This document shows positions 1 through 12,548 of a DNA stretch of 38,325 nucleotides, one piece after another. A program made the position numbers and the translations under genes. Where the stretch lies: NCBI GenBank assembly GCA_023231475.1, contig JALJEE010002845.1:1-38325 (forward strand), written 5' to 3'. The stretch is from Seison nebaliae (lineage: Eukaryota). The notes under the pieces were generated by a model. The model ran no database searches and was not told where the DNA came from. It saw only the letters and a list, made by a program, of their open reading frames with translations. The first letter of the stretch is position 1. Every line of letters starts with the position of its first letter.

Positions 1-907
1 AGTAAGCAGACACTCGAACAAGGAGGTGAAGCATTGGAACCCAATATTCGAACCAAAAATAAGAACGGAGAAGCAAACCAAGTTCAAGAAAATCTACGAA
101 GTGGATTCAATCCCGTTTAGATGGAGCGATATGGAACACCAGGTATATATAATAGGTATATTTAATAAAAAATAAAACCGATGTTTTCCTTCTACTGGAG
201 AGGGGGAAAAAAAACTCAATCCGTCACATCAGCCACTCCCAACACACCATCGAGTAGCACAGTATTAGATGGAGAAATTCAAGCTGCACAAAATGGCAGT
301 CTCACATCACCTGGCTCTCGAAGGAAACTTCGTGGAAATACGAATTAAAAAAGAAAAAATTGGAGGAAATCAACCTCGATAAAACGATACAATAATATTG
401 TCTTCTTTCGCCGCACAACCCACCCACCCACCATTTGATTCTGGAGTGAATGGAAGAGATGACAACACCTCCTTGGTCAAGAGCAACCACCCGCTAACTT
501 GGGATAAACCAATGTGGTTTTAATAGGGTCGGACCCAAACAATACTTTTATAACTAACGATTGCAATTTGGATAGTTGATTGCGCCGGTGACTCAAACAA
601 GGAGATTAATAACATCTGAAAGGCGAAAAACGAGTAATTACTCACCTGGACAAAAAAGACAAGGGTACACATTACCTATAGTTATCGTATACTGCCAAAG
701 GAGTGAATAAATTACTTTAAATATAACATTAAAGGTTATGACTAAACAAGTATGCATTTTACGATGAAAGAAAGAACAAAACAAAGAAGTAAAGTATAAT
801 TTTATATTATATATATAAAAGAAAATTTATTGAAAATATGATAATGAAAATAACAAAATAATAAAAAATCAATGAACTGGATGGAAAGGATGAGAAATTA
901 TAAAATG

Positions 908-1798
908 TCAATATTTTGATAGTTCGAGATAATGGTAGGTGAAAGGACTTTTGGTCACTACCAACGGATTCACACGATGGCGATCCACAGTGTCCATATG
1001 GTCAATACACGAAATGAAACAATTGGGATTTGATATTGTTTCTTGTATTACTTGATACAATCTCACCTGAGAGGATACATTACGTCGGATATACTGACAG
1101 GCTTTACGTAATAAACCATTACTGAAATCACCAACTGATTGAGCAGAAGTAATGAACGGATCGTACACGAACAAGAAATCATCAACACGATACATCAGTA
1201 TTGTATGGAAGGGACCAGGAGAACAACCATTTGTAGTCTGGTATAATTCGTAGTCCAACAGTACTCCTAGTCCATTCTTCTTAAGATATCGTAAGATCCG
1301 ACTGACACTAGCGGAAGATCCTATACGCACCAATATATCTTCAGTTCGTGCGTGGCACCGATGCTTCTGTTTCATACCAATATATCGAATGACAACTGAA
1401 GATATTATACCCTTCTTCACGGCCGATTCAAATTGATTCTTTTGACAATGTATCAGATTACGGGCATTATCACCAAAAACACTGGTGGCCCCACCGGAAG
1501 GAATGATCGGAGTACGACCATTGTTATTGGCATCATAATGTTCTAACAAGATCCCGCAACCATCAATAAGCTGATGACGATACTGAATAGTTCGGTCCGA
1601 CTCTTCATATCCTGTCCAATATACATAGAAAAGCTCGTGGCTGGATCCATGTCGCCCACTACAATGTTCTAATCGCTCAACCTCATATTCAGTGGAATCA
1701 ACCAAGGCTGACGGTAGAAGCACACCATCCAGTCGTATCGTCTTCACCACTTCTATTGCCTCATCGCTGGAACTGCTGATACGAACACTTTTAACCAT
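908..1798 (-). CDS. Intronless chromodomain + putative clan CE (adenain/Ulp1-like) cysteine protease fusion, ~296 aa; probably mobile-element derived
   Basis: First ATG is at 1798 (the track start at 1804 is TTG). The N-terminal EYEVERL...FYVYWTGYEESDRTIQYRHQLIDGCGILLEHY fits the chromodomain pattern. The C-terminal GPFHTILMYR...LFVYDPF...QVIQETISNPNCFISC has His-Asp-Gln-Cys in clan CE order. Recognised by eye only. Confidence 0.7.
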   Translation of the reverse strand: MVKSVRISSSSDEAIEVVKTIRLDGVLLPSALVDSTEYEVERLEHCSGRHGSSHELFYVYWTGYEESDRTIQYRHQLIDGCGILLEHYDANNNGRTPIIPSGGATSVFGDNARNLIHCQKNQFESAVKKGIISSVVIRYIGMKQKHRCHARTEDILVRIGSSASVSRILRYLKKNGLGVLLDYELYQTTNGCSPGPFHTILMYRVDDFLFVYDPFITSAQSVGDFSNGLLRKACQYIRRNVSSQVRLYQVIQETISNPNCFISCIDHMDTVDRHRVNPLVVTKSPFTYHYLELSKY

Positions 1799-3279
1799 CT
1801 TCAATATAGAATGGGAGGAGAGGAGAAAAAGGAAAAAGAATTATAAATATCTATTGGGGAGAGAAAAAAATTATATATGAAATATATAAAAAAATAGATA
1901 GAACTACTAGGGGAAGTTTGTCCAGAAATTACATCACCTCAAAATACATAAAAGGTATGAAATGAACAAACAAAAAGATATATATCGTAATTTACATATA
2001 TTAAATTCATGCATTTAATGAAGATATGAAAAAAATTGGAAGAAACTCAAATTGAATTTATATTCCAATACAATATTTGATGAACGATTCTATGACACAC
2101 AAAAGGTGGAAGTCATAGTAATCAATTAATCAAATTGATTGAGTCGGTTTGATGAAGAATGCTCAGCATAACGAAAGCAATAGAGAAAAACTTCATCAAA
2201 ACAAAATTGTCTAACAATTGTAAGATATCAATTACCCCCATGATCCACAAGAATACGGAGTAAAACAAATTAAACAATTTGCAGTAGTTTAACATATTAT
2301 CCAATACGGATCAAACCGATCCACCGACAAATACAATGTCTAATTGAGTCGAAATAAATTGATTAAGGTGGATGGAACAAAATTGAACAAAATGTCCATA
2401 TAACTGCAAGAATTCAAATACATCCACAAAATTCATACACATAACTCACCCACAGTTAAGTGTGTCACATCATTCCACTATCCGTCCCTCACTATAGTTC
2501 CACCCATTTAACGCTCATCCGTATATACCATCCTACTTCTTAAGTGTCAAATCACCTTATAATAATGACGTAAAAGTCAGACAAAATCTTATTATTACAC
2601 TCTAAGCTCAATCTCACTAGTGTTGGAAGGCTCTGCAAAAGATCCCTCAGTAACATATCGAAAGATATTGGATGTATTGGTAGAGAGCATATACAACACG
2701 AGTGGCACGATGTTGAAGATTAATTACTAGTATGTGTGTCACACATACCGTTTCATATCTCATATAAGAGAATGAAAATGATTTAATAGCAATTAATAGG
2801 GCACAGTAGATTAAATACAATTGTCCTGAAGAGGTTGAAAAAGGATTTGGAGACGTGCATCCACATCAACACGATGGGATTCATACGAACCTCTCGCAAC
2901 CTACTTCATAAATACCTAGGCATAGAAAATGGTACTAATATTGGTTACACAATATCTATAGTGTTAACCATAAGGTACAACCATTAAAGAACAAAACACA
3001 AGATTTAGAAAAATCTCAGATTATCGGACATCCAAAGACACGTTTGATAAACGGTCCTGGAAATAAATAGTCCAAAAAAAAGATACATCCAACCAGAGAT
3101 ACAACTGAACATGTCGTTGATGTCTTCTCTATCCCTAATACAAGGTATAAATTGTAAGTCCGGATTAGAGTTGCGTTCCAAATACCACGGATTATTCAAA
3201 AAATAATTTTTTAAAAAAATAAAAAAATAAAAAAAAAAAAACCAGATCCACAACATTGGAGCGTCCATGAATAAACTGA

Positions 3280-3990
3280 CAAGGTATATTTGATATAGTA
3301 CAGTATCGATATCAACTTACTACTGGATGTGCTGCGTTATTGGAGTTAATTGATGCGAAATATTGGAATTGCCCTCCAGTGATTCCTTCTGGTGGCGTCG
3401 TTACTGTTGTGGGCTCTGAAGCTGCACAATTATTAGAAAATCAATCCCAGTTATATGAAGCACTGGTGAATCGTGGTGTGATACACAAAGACATCATACG
3501 TTTTCTCAATATAGTACAAAGACGTAAACTGTTATCGGAAGGGCGCGTGGTTGATGGGCGGATTGGTCGTTCAACCTGCGTGACCCGTATATTAAATATT
3601 TTGTCAATTAATGGGCCTGGAGTCCTTCTGGATTATCAGTTATTTCAGACACACAATGGATCGACTCCAGGTCCTTATCATTCGATTCTGCTTTACCGTA
3701 TATCTGATGTGATATACGTGTATGATCCATCAGTGACTCGTCTTCATGTAGCCAATTCTATACATTCCAAATTGGACAACGGCTTGTTCCAACATGCGTG
3801 TAGATTGATACGAAAAAAGGCCTCTCGATCCGTGGAGATCCAATTGGTCGTCGATGTTACTTCCAATCCTGGAAACTGCTTCGTCAAGTGTTTGGAACAT
3901 ATGTCCGTTATATGTGAAAATCGAGACCTTTGTACAATAGTGACATCTTCTCCTTTTATTTATCATCCTATCTCCTTCCGTTCTTATTGA
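3280..3990 (+). pseudogene. Diverged paralogue of 908..1798 with an intact protease-like domain and a disrupted chromodomain end; 5'-truncated gene or pseudogene
   Basis: Clear similarity to the first copy: IPSGG, GVLLDYQLFQTHNGSTPGPYHSILLYR, YVYDP, NCFVKC, SPFIYH. The frame extends upstream of the TTG at 3340 (IVQYRYQLTTGCAALLE versus TIQYRHQLIDGCGILLE) to an in-frame TGA at 3277. There is no in-frame ATG at the 5' end. Confidence 0.65.
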
Positions 3991-4795
3991 GTTTTTCTTT
4001 CATTTATTTTCTTTCATCTCTTTTATTTCATCCTATCTATCTTATATATTTTAATAAATTTTATAATTCTTTCAATTCTTCTACTTTCTCATTAAATTTC
4101 TTAAAATATTGAACTTGAAATTGAATTTAAATTAGAATTTATTAGCCTTATTCAATCTTATAACAAGCTGACTTTTGATTTCCAGTGTAGTTATTGTTCT
4201 TTCGGATCTGAGTTTTTCCTGTTGTTGTTTCCCCTCGTCTTTACAAATATGACCACTTGTCATCTTTACTTCCATTCCAGATATGTGCTGTAGATCTCAT
4301 CAACACACTCGGAACAACTGACTATTCTTGTTGTTATAGTACAATGATATTATTACGTTTTTGTGGGTATGATCCTCTAAAAATCGATAAAAGATCATCT
4401 AATCTAAAAAAATAGATCATAAGATTACTAGATCAAAAAAACAACTTCCTTAACAATCAACAAAATCTGAATAAGGATAGAAGTTGATTTTGTAACGAAT
4501 GGGTGAGAAGAATAGGATCTCACGCCCAAAAATGACTAATTAACTACACGATGACATTTCCGGAGATGCACGTATCTATTATTTGTAATATTCGTAATTT
4601 AAATTACCCTATCTTCTTCAGCATCATCGATAACCCAGAAATACATATTCTTATTAAAATTGGTAACATACACCCATATTTTTTTTTGCATTTTTTGTGG
4701 AAATCTTTAACCGCTCAGCACGGTACCTAATTCGGAATCGTTTTTTATAAAATGGATCGCAAATTAATCGTCTATTATTTCTTAACCTATGTTTA

Positions 4796-5014
4796 AAATT
4801 TCATGTCAATAGCGTCAATATTCTTTATTTTAAGGATAAAACTATAAGAAACATTTTTTAAGTTTTTCGCTAATTTTTGACTAAAAAGTATTATTTAGTA
4901 GTATTTTTAGCATTTTTAGTAGTTTTTAGTCAAAAATTAGCGAAAAACTTAAAAAATGTTTCTTATACTTTTTTCCATAAAATAAAGAATATTGACGCTA
5001 TTGACATGAAATTT
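4796..5014. repeat. Foldback/MITE-like inverted repeat: ~92-bp arms (4796-4887, 4923-5014) and a 35-bp spacer
   Basis: AAATTTCATGTCAATAGCGTCAATATTC...GACTAAAAA is mirrored by TTTTTAGTC...GAATATTGACGCTATTGACATGAAATTT, with 3 mismatches. Confidence 0.9.
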
Positions 5015-5126
5015 ATGGTAACATTTAAAGCATTAAACGTTATAATTTGACTTTTAAATTATCTCGTTAATTTGTACAGTTTCAATTAAAGGCCAAAAAT
5101 TTTATTATTTTTACAAATAAACGATA

Positions 5127-5523
5127 ATGATTGAAATTACGTGCAATGATCGTCTTGGAAAGAAGGTTCGTGTAAAGTGCAAGTTTATCTTTATTTTATC
5201 CTCTTTTTATATTCAAGGTGTTTTGTAACCGGAAATTCATCTAGTCCCAACGACACAATAGGAGATTTAAAGAAGTTGATTGCTGTGCAAATTGGAACGA
5301 ATTACGAAAAAATCGTTCTTAAGAAATGGTTAATATATTTATCGAATTTTATTGTGCATAGATTTAATAAGATATTTAACTGATATGAGCAAATCATTTA
5401 CATTATTCATTTTATGAAATAATTTATTATTTATTTTGCAGGTATACAATCTACAAAGATCCAATTTCTTTGGCTGATTATGAGATTCATGACGGAATGA
5501 ATCTGGAATTATATTATCAATGA
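5127..5523 (+). CDS. UBL5: Ubiquitin-like protein 5 (Hub1), 73 aa; exons 5127-5182, 5245-5328, 5442-5523
   Basis: Spliced product [73 protein letters not shown] is unmistakable UBL5/Hub1, ending in YYx. Introns are GTTTAT..TAG and GTTAAT..CAG. Confidence 0.97.
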
Positions 5524-6040
5524 AACGGGATGGGTTCAAGTTAAATTACTAAATAAAGGGTAAAGAACTTAAAGAAAACATTTCCCGGTCGACATTTCAA
5601 ATAAACCAGATAGATAAGAAATATTTCAATATTTTTTATTTTCCAAATAAATTTTTTGTTCTCATATTTTGTTCAGTAAAATTTTGAAAATTTCTTATTT
5701 GCCTGTACAGAAGATTTCGACATAAAATTATTGAACAAGTTTTCCGAATAAGAATAAGTGATTGTCTTGAATGATCAAGTTTCCTGTCAACTTCCTTCAT
5801 TTAGTTGACTTCCGCCGCTGATCTTATCAGTCATTGGAAAGATGGAAAAGCGGCCGAATGAGACGCAATTTAAGAATTTACAATGAAGTATATATAATAA
5901 TATTTTAGTCGAAAAAAAATTAGTAAAATCGATTCTGTTCAAATTAAAGATTTTGTATTTCTTGAGATTTTTTTCCGTCCACTTTCGACACCAACTAAAA
6001 CAGAAGAGATGAGAAGAAAACAAAAGGAGAACTCCAGGGA

Positions 6041-8595
6041 TCAAGTAGTTTCCAGTGGAAGAAATTCTTGCTGCGTAAACTGACGATCTTGAAGTTCGAC
6101 ATCATCACTTGATGTTTTATAACGACCTTTTCGATTATTATGCTTGAGGGGACCCCAGTCCATTGCAGGTTTGAGTCCGCGGAAGAACGCTGCTTTATTA
6201 GCGCCTTGTCGTATCCAAAAACAGAGGGCATATATTGGGATGGGTAGTAGGGGAATGATAACGACACACCACCCGAACAATATTGCCCATTTCGGATATT
6301 CATATACTTTATTATATTTTGGTGCTTCGTACATGGCGATGGATAGGATCATCGTTAACAATAAGACGACTGGAGTAAGGAATTTCCAACAGACGAGCCA
6401 GAACGTTTTGAGAGGTAATTTTCTTTTTAACATCATTTCAATATCGTCCACTAAACGGTCACTTCCTATAAGTAAAAAAGAAAAATAAAAAGAAGAAACT
6501 TATAATTCTAACCATAACAATAACAGCAGACTAGTAACTCTAATACGGAGATTAAGAGAATTGGTATTCCACTGATGAATTCGTCAACTAACGTTAGAAC
6601 ATAAATACCACCCCGTGTAACAAAAACGAGACCAACCAATAAGAATACGACACACACCGTTCCACGAAGAATTAGTCCCAAATGTTTTTTCGAGATTCTT
6701 AATCTCAATGCATCGATGAGTGTGGACATGATAGTTTCGATGATAGATAATTCACTTCCAAATCCAATGGTGAGCATCATAAGAAAGAATAAGATTGACC
6801 ACATGGTCGGAATAGACATTTGTGCTAATCCTTCAGGATAAACAATGAACACGAGACCTGGTCCAGTTACCGCCAACGTTTTCACATCTACTCCCAATTC
6901 ATGTGCCATATATCCTAAGACGCCAAAAACGGCAAAACCGACATAAACACTTGTGAGAACATTGACAAATGGAACGAGAAGAGTATCTCTTAATATGTTG
7001 TTATTGAATTTACAGAAACTGGCCATCGCAACAACACCACCAGTGGCGATATTAAGAGAATAGAAAACTTGAGTAGCGGCATGTAACCAGACCATTGGTG
7101 ATTTTAGATGTTCCCATTCCGGTTTAAGATAATATAATATTCCATCGATACATCCATCTAATGTAGTACATCGGATGATGAGTGCCGTTATCATGATGTA
7201 TGGATAGATAGCAGTGAAATAACTGACTTTCCCAAGAGATGTTACTCCTTTGGAGAGTGCGGCAAATATCAAAAGCCAAGCAGCGAGAAGTGCTAAGGCT
7301 AAATGCCATTGAACATCGCCTAATTCCTCAATTCCTGAAGATATATTGAGAACGTTCCGAGTGAAATAATCATCAGTCGGATATTTCATTGATGCAGTAA
7401 TGTTGGGTTTTATATTCGTCAAATTTGAAGTATCCACACAATTTTTTGATGCCCAAATATGATCACAACCGATCCATGGAGGTATTGATCTCATCGAAGC
7501 GATCATATAAAAGATGGAATAGCAAATGATCACATTGTAATAGAGACCAATAATTCCATTACAAATGAGAGCGGCAATACCCAAACCGCGGAAGAGTGGA
7601 GCTAATTTCCAAACATTCACCGGCCCCTGACTAGAGAATTGTCCTAATGCCAATTCGAGGAAATTGATTGGTATTCCGACAATTATCATTAAAAGGAGAA
7701 ATATCAGGAGAAATGCACCACCTCCATAAGTAAAGCATAAATAAGGAAATCGCCATACATTACCCAGACCGACACCGTACGATATACAAGTAAATATGAA
7801 ATCTAAATGATTGTTCCATTCGGGACGAGTATGATTTGCCGGATTGGGAACATTCACATCACTCGTCGATGACATTAATGGAGATTTATTGAATTGTTTC
7901 ACAAACTTCTCATTATTGAGATTATTTACCAGATTGTTGTTTTGATTTAAGTGAATCATGTTGTTGTTATTGTTATTCGTATTGAGATTGAGATTATTGT
8001 TATTGTTATTCACATTTAAATTATTATGATATCGATATGATTTATGCGTTTTACTTTTATCTAAATCAAGATCATAATCTATAACTTCAGTGGGTAGAAG
8101 TCGAACACGACTACCTTCCTCCTCAATTAAATTTGTATCAAATTCTTCATCATTTTCATTCAAAATGACATTATCTGAATAGAGATTAGGATCAGTTCCA
8201 ATGATTCCTTCAATAGCAGCACCGGAATGAGTATTCCGTCGTAAACGAGGGAAATTTTCATCCGTCTCCAATTCATTTTCATTCATTACTGCAACATTCG
8301 ATTGACCGATGGTTTGTGAATCATAATATGAGAAGATCGGTGGTGATGGTGGTAAAGAAGATGAATAATTCGATGATGAGTTCTGCTCTTCAACTTTATC
8401 TATTCTTTTCTCATTAGGTTGATATTGTTCTTGATTATCTTCTTTATCTGTGAAATAACTGTTATTGTTGTTGTTGTTGTTTGTGAGAGTTGTATCGTTA
8501 TGATAAGTATGAGAATCGAGATTCAAAGAAGGAATGATTGGCTTGCCATGCTCATTCAAACCTGTTTTATTGTACCATTCATTGCCACTTGCCAT
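6041..8595 (-). CDS. SLC6 sodium:neurotransmitter symporter family transporter, ~835 aa, with a long Asn-rich N-terminus; exons 8595-6513 and 6465-6041
   Basis: Contains SNF motifs RPEWNNHLDF, GLGNVWRFPYLC, GGGAFL, GPGLVFIVYPE. A 47-nt intron (6466-6512, GTTAGA..TAG) joins it in frame to DDIEMML...CWKFLTP. First ATG is at 8595. Subfamily not assigned. Confidence 0.93.
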
Positions 8596-9709
8596 TAACG
8601 GATGAAATGTCAAAAATTCAGATGAAATTGACAATAAGTTGATTGTCCAGAAATTTGTTTTGATAAAGAATTTTCCTTTCTCTTCTGTAGAGGAGGATGA
8701 TAATAATTTCTTGAATTAATTGTCTCGTTCAAATGAATTTGATAAGTTTCTTGGAAATTTTCTAAAATTTTTTCAAAATAAACAATTTTCGTGACGATTG
8801 AAACAATAATTATAAAATAATAATAATAATATTCAGTTCAAATAGAGAATTCAAAAGAAAGCAAAATAATTCGAACTTCTCCTTTCTCTCTTATCGACAC
8901 AACACTCAAACTAGCCCAGAGAAGGAAAAATAAACAAATGGAATTCCGATATGGATCGAACAATTACGTCTGCAAGTCAGTCAAAACGTCCAAATATGTT
9001 CTCCAAAAGTCAGAACGATAAAATTTCTTAATTCTTATTCAGATTATTTTCGTCGATTTACGAGGCAAATAAACAGTTCATAATAAATTCTCTGTTTATC
9101 GAATCTTCTTAATAAGAAATATTACGACATATTACATGATTCTCCTTTCAATGCCGTTCTTATAGTTCTAAACGGAAAAATAGTTTTGGAACTGCCATTG
9201 CCATTCTGCCTTATATTTATATAAGAAATGGTATGTCTGTTGCTGTTGGGATATATGAGCAGCAACGGATATATGTATACTTCTCAGAAGTTTATAAAAG
9301 ATATTTGTGTACATGATATTATTATCGAAGTAGAAAAGATGTCGACAAGAGGAATTTAAGAAGAATAAATAAGTTATAAGAGTCCAAAACAAAGGAAGAT
9401 TGATTCGAAGAGAAACATGGCTGTTTAAAGCGGACACATATTGAACATAGTAACATTCCTTCATATTATGAGATGAATCATATTATCGTTCTATAATTAT
9501 CTATCTTTATAATCATGTCTCACAATCAATCAGCCAATCAGTCAATATATACCTCATCGATTTATCCATAAAAATAATTAGTTTTTTATTACAGATGCTC
9601 TAATGAGAAAAAAACCGTAAGTAACAATAGAAAGACCTTCCTTCCATTCACTCATTCATTCATTCATCTCATACTTCATGAGACATATATCAATTTGAAT
9701 GAATTGTGT

Positions 9710-9741
9710 GAGAGAGAGAGAGAAAGAGAGAGGGAGGGAGA
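9710..9741. repeat. Imperfect (GA)n microsatellite
   Basis: gagagagagagagaaagagagagggagggaga. Confidence 0.8.
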
Positions 9742-10155
9742 ACAAATGAGGAAGAGAGAAACGGACCGTTCTTATAGAGACCCCTCAAATTCCCATAAAT
9801 ATACACATGAACATTCAAATCTCATAAGACTGTTATATAAAATTATATGAAATTATTATGTAATATTGATGATAATCGTCCAGTTTAATGATGAGATACT
9901 ATTGATGAATGGATCTAATATCCATTCGCCTTCGTGAGAGAAGAAAATTTTATTCAAAATTTTGCTTATTCCTTCACATTTATTAAGAGTTGATATTTCA
10001 CACCATCATCACTTTTATCTATCAATGACTCACACAACATCGTTTCAGTGATTATTGCACGCTTTCTATTACGCAGCGTTGTAAGACAGATTCTTCTCTT
10101 CAACATCTCCTCATTACATATACAAAGTATTCGATACATATATATCAATCTCCCT

Positions 10156-10205
10156 CACACACACTCACACACTCACTCACTCACACACACACACACACAC
10201 ACACA
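10156..10205. repeat. (CA)n / CACT microsatellite
   Basis: cacacacactcacacactcactcactcacacacacacacacacacacaca. Confidence 0.85.
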
Positions 10206-12499
10206 TTAAATTGTACATACAAAATAAGGCATATATTATAATCGACAGAAAATTTCATTGACTTGTACACAGACATGCATCTCAACCTTTACTTGTTAGT
10301 CCGTAAAATAAACTTTTATTTTCAATTTTTTTCTGTTTTGAACACTTCTTTCAAAAAAACATTGGAAGATTGAAGGGGCGAAAGCAGAAAGAGGATGAGA
10401 GAAAACTAATAAATATTATTCAACTTCTACGAACAGAGCACTCTTTGTGATAAGTATCATAAAACACAGAACACACAAATGGAATATATGCACACACCAC
10501 AACATGACACGACATACCATGTGGTAAATTTTTCAAAAATGAAGAAGCAATGAAATGAGAGGAAACTGTAAGCAGTTTTCAACAAAACTTTAAATATTGT
10601 ATACCTGAGAAGTAAATGGTAAAAGTAATCACATACTAATGATAGGAGAGCTTCCTCCCTCATTTCTCATGTGCATCATTTGCTGTTGAGATTCGTGATT
10701 TAATTTAGTGAAGAAAATTTCTCAAACTGACCATTTCACTATGAAAATTTTTCTTAATCAGAAAATACATGAATTTTTCCGACATACCCAGACATTTGAA
10801 AGAGCTCCAAGTAAAATTCATTTCAAGTTGACATTAGAAAATGCTTAGTTATTTATGCTGCTGGTTAGGAAAGGATGAAGTGATTTTATTTGAATTATAA
10901 CTCTTATTTAGAGAAACAAGGAAAGAATGCAATCGCTTGAGAACAGCTTCGAATTTTAGTATAAGATGAAAATAATTAATCGTATCTCTTAATCTTTTTT
11001 ATTAAATTAAATTGAAATGAGGAGCAAATTGTTTCTTATCTGCAACTAGTGCAATAAAGGAAATTACACGAAATTAATTTCATTATAAAATAAAACTAAT
11101 TAAAAAGGAAAAAACTTGAAAGAGAATCATAATTTGGAGAATAGAAATTTGAAATTTTTTTTCATTTTACATGAGAGTTCGATAAGAGAATTGAAATAAG
11201 TGGTAAATTTATAATAATTGAATATTAAACAGCTTCACTATTATTAATACGAATTACTTTTGAGTAGTCATTATTGAAATTATATTACGAAAGATGATGG
11301 ATACATGAAAGAGAATGTATGTTTGTAATGCACAATTATCAAGGAATAAATGGATTTATACTCGATGAAAATAAATTGTTTTATTATTTGAGATAATTTA
11401 TTTCATCTCTATTACGAATATTTTGAAGAATAGATAATAAAAGAAATATTTCAAATGAAATTAGATCAATTATAAAAGGAAATCTTTCCATGATCCACTG
11501 GTAAGTCGATAATAAAAAGAAGAGTTGGTGGAGATGTTGAAAAAATAATATTCCTTCTTTGGTCCATCCCATTTTACATATTCTTCTTCTATGCAACCAA
11601 TTCTACATGTCGGTGTGCGCAAGATAAATTCCCTTTCTTACCCAATATATTTTCTTTTCTATGAATGATTGTCATTGCAGATACTTCCATGTTACAGATA
11701 ACTCATCTCCACAATTATTAGTCAGTGAAATACTCATTTCACATAGGTTTAGTTGGAAAGCTCATAAATTTTTTGCTGCTCTTCTAATTCGAGTTAATGT
11801 CAAGAGAATGAATGACAAATTTGCTCATATCGTTACTAAATGAATAACCATGTTGTCTCGAAAGAAAATGATTAGAAACTTTTTCTGTTTTATCTCAAAT
11901 TTCATTCCATAATCATTAAAAAATGGAAGTGGTCTTATTACATTTAACTTATGTTGATGACCAATAAACATTGGTCATTTAGTTTTATACAATTTTTGAT
12001 ATTCTCACAAACTTAAGTAATTTATGAAGAGAAAGAGATCTGATGAAAAAGACAAACGACTGGTTTGCGTAGGGGGTGGACGAATACCTCGTCTGATGAA
12101 CCGAAGTACAAAAAAGAAATGAAAGAACAATGAGAGTGTAGCTCGTTATTGCAACGCATGCGCTGCTAGGAATTAATTATTAGACGAACGTGAATAATTG
12201 AAAAAAAATTTAATATTTGACTGATATTTTGAATTTGGGTTAAATTCAAACTTCCAAACAACAACAGTGATAATTTGATTAAATTTTCCAATTTAATAAT
12301 TACTCATCTTTCCATTGACGACGTCCTCTTAATCATCTTCCAACATTTTCTTTTTCTTCTAATCGATGGCTATTCATTCGATGATGAGTTGTCCAGTTTT
12401 CATTCTCATCTTATTCATCGAATGAATTTTTAATTTGCAATTTAAATTTAAAGGGAAATATTTTTTATTTTTTTTCAAATTAATGTTCTTTCAAACTGC

Positions 12500-12548
12500 C
12501 ACACACACAAATACACACAAACACACACATATACACAGAGAAACACAT
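12500..12548. repeat. Imperfect (CA)n microsatellite
   Basis: cacacacacaaatacacacaaacacacacatatacacagagaaacacat. Confidence 0.7.

Noticed and set aside
3268..3279. TGA read as Trp (alternative genetic code) in the protease block
   Set aside because: Both paralogues terminate on TGA at equivalent positions and copy 1 uses TGG for Trp; UBL5 and cyclin L also stop on TGA.
7900..8490. Poly-Asn (AAT/AAC) tracts in the SLC6 N-terminus (also in the VEFS and Awh proteins)
   Set aside because: Common low-complexity expansions in AT-rich genomes.
8596..8634. Track start of the SLC6 ORF at 8634, and other TTG/GTG starts
   Set aside because: These are non-ATG starts from a prokaryote-style caller; the first in-frame ATG is used instead.
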